Of a DNA stretch of 64,000 nt, positions 1 to 11,725 are shown piece after piece (position 1 is the first letter of the stretch; each line of letters starts with the position of its first letter). The stretch lies in the NCBI GenBank assembly GCA_965649765.1, contig OZ287753.1, forward strand, positions 28,024,001 through 28,088,000, in the 5' to 3' direction. Made by a program: the position numbers and the translations under genes. This DNA comes from Bispira polyomma. Lineage: Eukaryota. The notes beneath the pieces were generated by a model. It did no database searches, was not told the DNA's origin, and saw only the letters and a list, made by a program, of their open reading frames with translations.

Positions 1-1344
1 CAGGAAACAGATATTATGTAATAAAACCAGCAATGACACTGAAGTAAAAAAGAGATCTAATGCTATTTAAGCCTTGGGGATACCTCATTTTTATCTAGTA
101 CTGAGTGTTAAGGCAAATCACCATCTTGTACTCTAATGGCCTGGGTCATTTGTCACTACTGAGCAAACCCAGTACACACCTAAGATGTCTTAAATAGGTT
201 TCTCTCAATATCTTATCTATGCCTGCTATTTTATCATTTCTGAGGATACAGATATGTTATTATGTATTAAGCTACTGATAATAAGTTGTTACTTATATAT
301 TACTAGTTTGATAAAGCAAAACTCCACATAATGAAAATAAAACAAAATCTCAGTTTCATTCATCTTTAAGTTATCATATCTTATAGATATTCGACATACT
401 GTTGAAGATAGGCTAAAAATTTATATAGTGATAATTTATTAAAGATATATATACTTTAATGGATGGAATATATTATTGTTTGCAACTTATAAAATGATAT
501 AGTATTTATCTATCCCCCCAAAAAATTAAAAAAAATATCAATTAAAAGTCACTTCAGGCTAAACATATGCTGCTTACCATTCCATTGGTGAATGGTAGTT
601 AAGTACTAGACAAAGTTAGTTGGTGATTGATCTTGAAGACTTCACTGTCTAATCTCCCTCAACAATAAATTATCAAACAGCGGACCTTTTCTGTAGCCTG
701 ATGATCACGGCATATACTGCAGCCTTAGCATGCAACGGCAAATATGTTTCTAAAGATCAAATCACCTCATTATCAAAGTCGTATTAAATCTCAAGACAGA
801 GACATGTGGGACTTACATGTAGTTATTAATTAATTTTTTTAATCTAATAATAGTTTTTGCTAAAATGTGACAAAACCCTAAGACCAACAGAGCAAAAAGT
901 GGATATATATATATATATATAGGCATAATTTTTTCTTTCATTGTTTCCATTTATTTGGTTAAAATATTTGATACTTCAATTTCCATTTGCTGAAAGCAAG
1001 CTACTCTTTGCATTGTCAGTGCAAGATTACCATAACAATTGCTTATTGTTATAATGACTGAGATAAATATATCATTGCTATTTATATTTTGTTTAAAGGT
1101 TACAGGTCTCCTCGTATCCAGCCAATAATGTGTATCCTCTTCTATTTATGTCAATAACATTTATAATAAGTCTATAGTTAGGATGAACGAATTATTGCAT
1201 GTTCACTAGAGAACAATTCATACCAGTAGATTCAATAACATAGAGATGTGTAGTTATGCTATAATGCGATTGTAACCTTTATTTTATTTTGTTACTTTTA
1301 ATATTTTAAATTAGCCATTTTAAATTAGCTTTATTTCAATTTTT

Positions 1345-1470
1345 TTGGCCTCTGTTGCCAAGAGATTAGAGTCCTTGATTTTGGATCAGAAGGTCTCAGG
1401 TGTGATTCTCGCTAGAGATTGCTCCTTTGTACTTTACACAAAGTTGTCCCTCCCCACACAGGTATATACT
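1345..1470 (+). mobile_element. Degenerate tRNA-derived SINE remnant
   Basis: Eroded A-box/B-box-like head (ggcctctgttgccaagagattagag...gatcagaaggtctcaggtgtgattctc); similar heads at ~24750-24870 (-) and ~26255-26360 (+). Confidence 0.4.
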
Positions 1471-1934
1471 ATCATTTACCAAAACTATTATCAAAACACA
1501 AAAGTTTATTTAAAGATGTATATTTGTATATGTATATGTGTGTATATATAACAGATATGATTCATATATGAGTGATTCATTTTTGTCTGGTTTCTTTCTA
1601 TAATATACCCCCTCTGGTCAAGGAACGTCCAAATGATTTAAGCATTAACCCAACCATAAAAGAAATATGATAAAATAATTTACAAAAAGATCTGATGCTA
1701 TGCACTAAAGCTTTATGGATGCACCCATTGAACCACTAATAACAAGAAGCACAATTGACTTGTAATGATTCAAGTTTTATTCATAGCCCTGGGTGGTTTT
1801 TATGACTTAATCTTTGGGCTCCAGTTTAAAATATTTAAGACTGTTTGGTTCAAACTAACATTCTTTCGACCACAAGAGAAAACAATCGCCCATCAAGAAC
1901 TAAAGGAAATTTTTCAGCAATAAGTTCCAGATAG

Positions 1935-2070
1935 CTGGAGTCACTAAAACAGACACCACAGACTACTTCCGGCATTTAATCACAGTATCATATATTTATT
2001 TTATATATTTATTAGGTTACACATAGCTTGAGTCACTAAAACACACTCCACAGACTACTTCCGGTATTCA
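1935..2070. repeat. Short local duplication (gagtcactaaaacasacwccacagactacttccgg x2), with a related partial copy at ~16822-16862
   Basis: Two near-identical ~40-bp units read directly. Confidence 0.6.
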
Positions 2071-3273
2071 ATAAGGGTCTCAAATATAATTTAATTTAAC
2101 GGAAAGTTGTAAAAGCAGATTGTGAAGTTTGCTGAAAACTAAAAGAAGTGAAAACTAAGAACAGTGACTTCCAGCATCTATTCGGTTTAGTACTTTCAAA
2201 TTGGCCTGGGGATATTCTTACTAATTATATGACATAACCTTGTAATTTCTTGGGGTATGTGTGGGTGTGTATGGGGAGGAGTCAAGTTCCACCAACACAC
2301 AGTGCCAAAAAAACCTGTATAAACAATTAAGGTCCAATCTCCACAGCACTAGAAAACCAGTCAGAGAGTATGTAGGTGTGCCTTGGTACATCTGTCATAA
2401 ATATGGGAAGTAGATAAAATGCATCGCTTACCTCACCACTTTCTCTGTTTATTGGTAAGTCATAGAGAGGAATTTTTCATGAAAATCTTTTCTGAAACTT
2501 AAGCTCATCTTAGACACAACATATCCTGGGCTTCTCTCTTTTTTGTGGTTATTTTAAAGAAAGGATTGCCAGTATTTTTCACTATCTGAAAACATGTTGC
2601 ATTGTAATTCAGTGTTTATGAGTATATAGCTTTGAAGAACATTAAATCTAAATTTACAATTATCTTTAAACTGATCAAAGAGTAGTATATTATTAGAAAT
2701 TAAAATAGACTTATCACTTGATGTACTGTTTTAATATATATTACATTCCCTTATGGTAAAACACACACATACAAATATACATATATATATATCTATAACA
2801 TAACCATTGGTAACTTACCCCAAACAAACCCAAAATAAGTCTCTACCAATGACTAAGTAAAATAGCAATTTGAGGCTATGGCAGCTTTGAGCATAAGTAG
2901 AACATACATGAGAACTATTTATTATCAGATAAGGTTTCCATTTGTGTCTGTTTGATTGGACTTCTAGCACTGTTTGTTATCACTACTAGTAGTCAAGTGA
3001 TGTGAGTTTATTTGTAAATATATCAACATGTATTATATAGCCTCTAGAAAATACTTCAGGAAGTTATTCAGTGCCTGTGACTTCAATTATGTTATGAGTG
3101 TTTGGGGATAAACTTGTCAGTTGGCCGGATATTGTGGTTACACACACATCACTGACGGTAGAGCTGGTGGGCCAGTCAATGGGACCAAGACGTCAAATCT
3201 AAGGCTATTTTGGGGGTTAATGGGTATCACATGACATATATAGATTATGATATGGCTAATACCTTGATATACA

Positions 3274-4367
3274 GGGGCATCATCGTATACACAAAAGACT
3301 GAAGTCTTAACTTAGTCTCAAGCTTAACATTTTAGTCTTTGATTTTGGCCGAAAATGTTCAGATTTTGGTCTTAGTCCAAGTGAGAGTAAGAAAACATCT
3401 TTGCTTAGTATTGATGGACAGCCAAAACTTTGAAATACACATTGGTGACTGTGGACTATGTGCATCAGACTGTGTCCAAAATCTGGGTGTAGTAATAGAT
3501 AGGCTTCTTACTATGGATGGATATGTCAAAGCAAAAGCAAGAGGTATCAATGCCCAAATATGAAAACTTTTCTGAAAATTCTTATCACTGGAGTGCAGTC
3601 TTCTATTAGGGATTAGGAAATACAATCCGTCACACCTACAGGGTATTTAAAATTTTGCTGCGTGTCTCATATACAGAATTCCATCCTATGAACATGTTAC
3701 CAAACTACGTTATGATTTACACTGGCTACCAGTAGAGCAAAGAGTGAATTTCACCATTCTCACATATGTATTCAAATGTCTACACAACATGGCACCAAAA
3801 TAATTATCTGAACTTGTACAAGTATCTGTTCCACAGCAGCAACTAAGATCAAGCTCCTGCTTAAAATTATTGCAAAACTAAGACAAACAATAAGGCTGGA
3901 GATCGGGCTTTCACAAACTGTGGTTCTTTCCTATAGAATCAACTACCAGACAAAAGTGTTAGTGCTAGTAGTGTTCAGTCTTTAAAAAAAAATTAAAAAC
4001 ACACCTTTTCAAAATAGCGTATTGACTTTTTATGTTCTTAAGTGCTACACTGTTCTTTTTATCTCTTTTGAATTTTTACCTAATTTAATTCTAGTCTTGT
4101 ATTTTTCACACAGCTTTGATATTTTTCATTATTGTGCAGCGCTTTGAGCTACCAAGATAAAGCGCCATATAGGTAATCATATAATAATAATAATATAAAT
4201 GTGAAGCTAGGACTACAGGAAGCATCTAAGGAAAAATCTTTGTTTACTGTTAACTTTGAACTTAACATTGAGACTATCAATAGGTAGTCTTAAATAGTTT
4301 AAACATATCAATGTCAAGCTTAAAAACTAGGTTAACACTAAGACCATTTTTTGTGAATTTGGCCCCT
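3274..4367. mobile_element. MITE (Harbinger-like ends) apparently split by an L2 LINE insertion
   Basis: Left end ggggc...tacacaaaa...agtcttaacttagtc and right end actaagaccattttttgtgaatttggcccc resemble the ends of the copy at 5929-6160. Confidence 0.4.
3385..4198 (+). mobile_element. 5'-truncated L2/CR1-group LINE, 3' end (decayed RT C-terminus plus tail)
   Basis: Translated remnants DCVQNLGVVID, LHWLPVEQRVNF, GDRAF and KTHLF are typical of L2-clade ORF2 C-termini; ends ...gcgctttgag...aagcgccatat... followed by a (taa)n tail. Confidence 0.8.
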
Positions 4368-4892
4368 GGGTTGCAAAAATGATGGATACACCCCGCTTAA
4401 ATTGAGAAAAAAATGGATTCACCTAATTTGTACCTGATGTTGACTGAATTGGGCACATTCATCAAGAGATGTTAAAACCTTCAATTTAATTGAACAAGCT
4501 TTACACGGGAAGAGTGGAAAAATTTATCCCAAGAAACTTTCCAGAACCCTTGTTCAGAGCATGCCTCAAAGGATGGCAGTTTTTTGTGCAGGCCAGAGGC
4601 TTTCATGAAAAAAATACTGAACAAATTAACTGTCGTCAAGTGATACATAAATTTAAATGAATTTATATTAAATATATATTAATTGTTGTTGGTAGCTACA
4701 GTTTATTTAATGTCGTGTTTTAATTAACTGCAATTGGCAACTATTATGCAAAGAAAACTTTTTAGAATGCCACTGAAAATCATGAACCCACATTTGGTTA
4801 ATATTCCGGCGTACTGATAATACAATAAAAAAATTTCAAATTTCAATTTCATTAAAAATAAGGTGGAGTATCTACCATATTAGCAACTCTGT
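4366..4892 (+). mobile_element. Tc1-like DNA transposon, internally deleted remnant
   Basis: Imperfect TIRs (ctgggttgcaaaaatgatggatacacc / ggagtatctaccatattagcaactctg); remnant LVQSMPQRMAV resembles the Tc1 transposase C-terminal LVxSMPxR motif. Confidence 0.55.
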
Positions 4893-5928
4893 ATGCAATG
4901 TATACAGGTTTTTATATAATACCTGGTATATCACATGATACCCCCTAATCAGAAAATTTAATGACCACCCACCTTCAATTGCTGCATGTGAAGTAAAACT
5001 AAGTAGAACATTGTTCTAATCTAATCTTTGTATTTATCGTCATATTCTCAGGCTCGACTAATATTTAAGCACAAAGCTCTTACATAGTGAAAATCCTATA
5101 TATCACATCTAAATTTAATCTAAGCTTTAGTAAAATTTCAGACCACAGCATGGACTATTTCTATACACACAAGGACGTCAACATATCCACAAATAGTTTT
5201 AACCAGATTTATCTTTGTTCAAAGTCTCGAGAACCAATTCACTCAAGGTATACCTTCATTTTGCATCTACCATAACATAAATATAAGTCTAACCTGTTCG
5301 TGTATTTTATCTCAACATAACTGAAAAATGCAAGCTAAATTGCATTCAAAAATGCTCATATTTGTAGCATGAATTAAAGGTGTGTGTGGAATACAGGTAT
5401 AATTACTGTAATATCAGTGTACGCTTCCGGGCTTTCCCCTACAGCTCAACTGTGCACTGGACTATTAATCTCAAGATACGGGACAACTCAGGTTCGTATC
5501 CCAGCAGTAGCAAGCCTCTCTTTGTAAGTTTACAGCAGAGCCAAGTTAAAATCTGTTGTTTATATTACCAAGTTTTAACCAGATACATCTTGTTCAAAGT
5601 CGCTAGTACATTTCCAGCCCAAATATACCTCCATTTTGCATATACCCTGTTGATGTGATTTATCTCATAACTGAATTAATGCAAGCTAAATGATATGAAA
5701 AGTAATTCATCTCTCAGTACCATGAATTAAAGGAACGCGTTGACTAGAGGTTGGTTTTGTTATTATCTCCATCATGGAAGCAGCGCAGATCCTAGACCAA
5801 GTTCTCTGTCAACAAAACAGCCGTGTCAGCGACAGCGAGTTGTTTACTATTGGAAATCATTGCCGTGCATACTATCAATAAAAATCAAAGCATCGGCCTT
5901 TTGACACAAAAGTCGCTGTAGGCAGATC

Positions 5929-6160
5929 CTGGGGTCGTATTCACAAAATGTCTTAGTCTTAACTTAGTCCTAAACTAAACATTTATGTCTAAAAAATTTA
6001 AGACTGCACACGCTTAACCTCAGTTGTTATGTATGCAAGGTTTACACTAAGCAAAGGTAAATTGTTTATGTCCTTGGGACTAAACCCAACATCTTTAACT
6101 TTTTTGGCCAAAATCAAAACCCAAAGTCTTAAGCATTAGACCTTTTGTCAAAATGGACCC
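5929..6160. mobile_element. MITE, same family as 3274-4367; shorter relatives at ~8030-8135 and ~8158-8267
   Basis: Imperfect TIRs ggggtcgtattcacaaaa / ttttgtcaaaatggaccc; relatives end in ttttgtgaataccaccc. Confidence 0.5.
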
Positions 6161-9100
6161 ATGATTTTTTCACTGATTTGTGGCACCTTAGTAGAGGTAT
6201 GCACTCCACTGAGTGTCTGTCTAGTCATACAATGAGTTTGAGTTACAAGCTGGCTAATTTGCAGAGAATGCAGCCCAAGTAACTGAGATAAGTTCACATG
6301 TGTTGGTTCATTCACACACTCAACACAGTTGTTCTTCCACAAGAGAAAGAAAACAACTTTCTTAGATGTATTTATATTTATTTTTCTCAATCAGAGTGAA
6401 AGTGCAATCTTTATTGGCTCCAGTGTTGATTGCAGGTTGTTGAATACAAATGGAGGATTAACACATAAAGAAACTAATTTAGCTAGCATGCTATCATCAT
6501 ATATTTTTGGTTTTGAATTTTATTAACAAATTTATCATTTATGTTTAATATTTTACATATTATGTTATGGGATCTCTATGTTTTTCCACATAAATTCTCA
6601 CCCCGTCAGTATGTTCAAATAATTGAGATTTTCTTGAGTCCTGTGCTTAGTCACTTCTGTTTTTCAGGTTTTAAGTGAAATACTCAGACCCCAGTTTTGC
6701 AAAGCCCTACTATTTACTGTTTAAAACATATTTTGGAGAACTTTCCACTTTTGGTTTAAAAATTTTAACTTTTTTGTAATTTTCAAATATAAAATTTCAA
6801 ATTTTCTTAAATTTAGAATCTTATATTACATTTTAATATTTAATTTTTCAAAATTTAAATATAATTTTCTTACAAAGTCAGAATATCAGATTTGATTTTT
6901 CTAATTTTAAAATTCTATTTTTAATTCTAAAAATTTAATTTTAAGATTATTTATTTTTAAATCTTATGCTAATATGGAAGTTATGGTAAATTTTTTCTTA
7001 AAAAATAATAATTGTTGCAAAAAAAAAATACAATTTTGAGGATATACGTACATCCACACTGCACTGGATCCGGATTAGTTATCCCAAAATGGATCTTGTC
7101 TGTTTCCTATCCACACTGGACAAAAAATTCGGTGAAACTATGTGCTATGATGTAAGCATCAGGATCCACCGAAATTTAAAAATTAAATCTTTGTACAATT
7201 TATCCGGGACGGTGTGGATGTTCACAATGTTTTATTTGTGTCAAAATTATACGGAGCGCCAACCCGGATCCAGATTGTATAAATGGACCTTGTCATGTAA
7301 ATAAATGTCCTCTATTTTAAGAATAAGGGCTCTCCATCGGAATAGAACAAGTCATGTGACCACTTCTAAGCCAAGAAAAGGATTCTCTGCGGAAGTATAA
7401 TGTATTAGTAGGGTACTATTGCAATACTAGTATCTTATTACTACTGGTGACCTACTATATGTTTCACTGAGACAGAAGCTAACTAAATATTTAGTCATGT
7501 GTGACTGTTACCATGGCAAAAAGGATGCTCAGAATCTCTACCTGTATGTATGTATTGGTTATCTCTGAAGTTTTTAAGAGTCTGCTTTAATATCTCACTA
7601 GCCTCTCACCTCTGCTTCCTTCATGTGAAAAACTTGTGCCATGTACTTGCTATAGGTAGGTATAGGTGGCATGGCATGGCTCCCAATACCAATAATACTG
7701 ATTTTATGTCCTTCAAAATATATATCTGACCATCAAAATATGACCATTATTGTTGACAGTGATGTAAAACCAGAAATAATTTTTGAATACAAACTCCACT
7801 ATGTATGAACTTCTGCATGCATTTAGTCGGAACTTTGTGATACAATTAAGCAGCCCATACTATATAATTTCAGTAAATTTAGGACTTAGTTATCATACTG
7901 TTTGTTAATGTTAGGAGAGTTTTCTCAAACTGCTGCCAGATAATTCATTGGTATATACTCAGCGGATGACATCAGATTCTATTTCGGTCTCATAACACTT
8001 CCAACATCTTCAGCTGTATAGCGATGACCAGTGGCGGTAATCACACAAAAGTCTAGATGTTATCCTCAATCTAGTACAAGAGAATAGTAGATCCAAGACA
8101 GAGTCTTGCCTTAGCCCTTTTGTGAATACCACCCTTTATTTATTGGTGGAAGAAACCAGGGTTAGTATTTACAAATGGACTAAGCCTAGACATTGTTCTA
8201 AATTTAGCACAAAAGGTAGATGTGAGGCAATAGTTTTGGTTTAGTCCATTTTGTGAATACCACCCCAGTACTTTATTTAGGCATCAGTAAATTTACTGTA
8301 AACCATTAGGCCAACAAAAAGTATTTCACATACGTTCACACAGTAAGAAACCAGTAGGATTCGATCCACATTCCTTACATGTGTAAGCCATGTCAAGCAA
8401 TTGTGAGAGGTACTTCGTAAGAGCAATGTCATTTTGAAGCCATAGTACATGCTTTCAGGACATGACTTTTCCTAGAAACAAGAGAAAAAAAACATGCCAA
8501 GTACATTGTAACCTAAAAAAATCTTATTACAAACATCAGTAGAATACCAGTTTTTTTGTTGTTTTTTTTTAAATCGTGTTATAATTTTCATCCATGCATT
8601 AATTTTATAGGGAATAAAATCTAGTTCTACAAGGTAAGGAAACTAAAACAAACAACAACAAAAAATCGATTTTACAAGCTAATATAGACAGAGTCTTCCT
8701 CCCTCTACAAATTGAATAAAAGAAAAATCGAACCCTAACAGGCTAATTCAATCTCTGGGAGTTCATTCATGGGATTTACGATGTCGTAAAAATGATGTGC
8801 TAACTGATTGTTTACCTTTCCTAGAACCCATGTGTGGCCCCGCATATTGTACATGTCTATCAAAGCCGACTAATTGGAAGAGTGATTATTTTATGAAAAG
8901 TTCTCGACAGTTTGACGGCCATATAACCAACTACTACTAGGAGTAATCTTAATATTTCTTCTTCTCAACTAATTCTTAATTTAGAATCTTAACCTTGGAC
9001 TGTTAAACTGTATGTAGTCACAGTTTTTAAATGAAGAGTAAGAGTATATTTTTTTATAATCTGTAATAAATCAAAATAATTAATTTCAACCAAACCATGG

Positions 9101-9431
9101 ATGTTGTTTTACAGTAATTTCCATTTATGAATTGATATCAGAACACGATTTTTAAGCTTGAGAATATTGACAAGAAACAAAATTGAGGTTTTTTCATGCT
9201 ACATAAGTACAATAATTATTTTTAACATAAATATAAAAATAAGTATGGGTAGATACAAAAAAAATATCAGGTTCACCGTGGCGAGTGGGATAAGAGGATA
9301 AGATGTTTATGTAACTTTGTAATTATCCACAAAGTTAAAAAAACTTGGAACTAAAAGACAGACAAGTAACACCACAGTAGACTCTTATATATATTGACAT
9401 TTCAATGACACTGTAAAATACATCAATGACC

Positions 9432-9627
9432 CAGTCCCCATGATAAGTATAAGGTAAAGTTAAGGTCAACCAAAGGTTTTCTATGTGTCAGGTAAATGTG
9501 AAGAAAGTAGTAAAACAATTCGATTGAGGGTTTATTTTCTACATGTTAGTACATATTTACATATTATACATAAGGTTAAAAAATTAAATGCTTAAAAACT
9601 TTTAATTTATAAAACATTTGAAGCCCC
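9432..9627 (-). repeat. Element 1 terminal repeat B2
   Basis: 196 bp, near-identical to 10532-10727; contains a sense AATAAA (tttatt at 9531-9536). Confidence 0.95.
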
Positions 9628-9840
9628 CATCTATAGGGTACTACAAATAACCAGAAGGACTAGCCAAAACAGACTATCCAGTTAAAATTACAGTTCACAA
9701 CATATATAATATGCCACCAACTTGGTAAATCAGCATATCCTATACACAATAATAATGGTCCTAAAAAAGAACCCAGTTTAAATCAAAGTCATAGATTAAC
9801 TGCTACCATACAGACAATTATTTTGCATATTTTACAATTG

Positions 9841-10299
9841 GTCCTTATAGTTCACCTCAGCCCCCAATTCAGGTGTGCTGTGTATTTTCCTGCATAATTT
9901 TCTGGAGTAATATATATTCTCCTATTATTTATTTATACAGAGGACCGCCATAGACGGCCCTAAATCGACAGGTTTGAATTGTTATTCAGAATATCCTAAT
10001 TTGTAAAATTTTTCCTAGTAGTTAATATGTTAACCTATGCAAGCACTTTTGATATCATTTCAACCTTCCCGACTAGAACTGGTGGCCTAGGACAACACCG
10101 CCTAGCAAGGGTAGGTTCAGCCTCTCAGAGCCTCTATTCCACCCTGGCACCCCAGTGGTTTGCTCAGGGGAAGGTTAAAGTAGACTGAACCCCGCCCCCA
10201 CACGGCCCCCAGCTCGGTCTAAGATGACTCATTCTCTGTACCTAATTCAAAGTTCGATGAAAGTACTTAAGTTAGCTGTGGTAAAGGGAAGATGGTGGG
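9841..10299 (-). ncRNA. Candidate structured RNA in the A2-B2 spacer of element 1
   Basis: Several long stems and sequence blocks shared, with compensatory changes, with 51245-51510 (see findings); no ORF. Confidence 0.55.
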
Positions 10300-10531
10300 T
10301 TGCTTAAAATATTTTCCACTGTTGTCATTTCAGTGGTAAAATTCAATATGGAGGAATATTCCAAAATAGCGGGAATTAGCTAGTGGTGGGGTAATTTGAT
10401 TGGTCTTAACCAGGATGGACAGAAGAATAACTGTGGTGCTATAAGATTAAATGTTTAAGGTAGTTAAATAGATATGTAGCTATGTGTATGTGGACTGAAG
10501 CAGTAGTTCCCTAAAGAGGTCCTGCTTACCA
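10300..10531 (-). repeat. Element 1 internal repeat A2
   Basis: Near-identical to 15844-16080 (few substitutions, one 5-bp indel); directly abuts B1. Confidence 0.95.
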
Positions 10532-10727
10532 CAGTCCCCATGATAAGTATAAGGTCAAGTTAAGGTGAACCAAAGGTTTTCTATGTGTCAGGTAAATGTG
10601 AAGAAGTTAGTAAAACAATTCGATTGAGGGTTTATTTTCTACATGTTAGTACATATTTACATATTATACATAAGGTTAAAAAATTAAATGCTTAAAAAGT
10701 TTTAATTTATAAAAAATTTGAAGCCCC
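10532..10727 (-). repeat. Element 1 internal repeat B1
   Basis: Copy of 9432-9627; begins just after the YR stop. Confidence 0.95.
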
Positions 10728-10735
10728 AAGCCAAA

Positions 10736-11707
10736 CTACAAAGAGGAAGGAATAGCTGCAGCAAATGTAAGGGGTACTACCGAGGCTGCTTGTGGGGTTT
10801 TTTGTAGGTAAGCTCATACTGAAGAGGATCTCCAGAGACCATGGGCCATAATGTTCTGGAGAGAAACATTATGGTTGAAAGCAAAGGTGGCTCCCGACCT
10901 TCTGAAGGTGTGGAAGCCATGAGAGCTATATTGAATTCCTATGTGTTCTAATATGTTTTGCAATGCTGACCTAACATGAGAATCTACTATTGTATTAAAG
11001 GGCGGTTGATTTGCTGCAAATAGAGGGGCAGAGGGGCCCAGGGGCCTAGAATCTAACAAGGCTTTGATAGCAGTGACTGGACAGATACTCCTATTTTTCA
11101 GAATTGGTATCTGTATCACATGAGTATCCGTACGATTTTGTAGGTTCTTAGCCCATTTGAGCAGTATGTGTGCCCCAGGGTACCTAAATATGATATCCTG
11201 TCTTAGAAAATGTCTAGAAGAGTCAAATACAGCCCTAGAATGAGGTGCTATGTTAGATACTCTAAGAAAGGCAAAAAATGCCAGCAAGAATGCTGCCCTG
11301 TATAGTATTGGATCATCTAGGATCTGACATGCCATCTGACATGAGATCTGTTGTAACTGTTCGATTGTGAAAATGCCCTTAGGTTTGGGTTTGAACCCTG
11401 AGTTGTGTGTAAGACTCCTTAATAATAAAGCCACCGAGTTGTGAGTGAATGGGGACAAATCCCAGTTGTATTTGTTTGCAGTGAATCTAATGGCCGCCAT
11501 GTAATTGCTTATGGCTCCAGGTGACAGTTGGTTCTGTATTAAGTACTCCACAAAAGTTATAACTGCATGTACAGTTATGTGATTAATGCCAGCAATTTTT
11601 AGAAAAGCTAAAAATGTTCTGAAATGACCCTTATAAGCTGTGGTAGTCTTTGGTCTGAGTGATGTATTAATCCTTCGCCAAGCAGAGGACATCAGTTGTT
11701 GAGTCAC
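10736..11707 (-). pseudogene. Tyrosine recombinase of element 1 (premature stop before the catalytic Tyr)
   Basis: FLRVSN, KWAK, HTFRRSGA and HGLWRS motifs; TGA at 10814-10816 (likely from TGG) interrupts ...SSV*AYL..., and the frame continues to TAG at 10736-10738. Confidence 0.92.
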
Positions 11708-11725
11708 GTGACTAGCACTTGAAAT

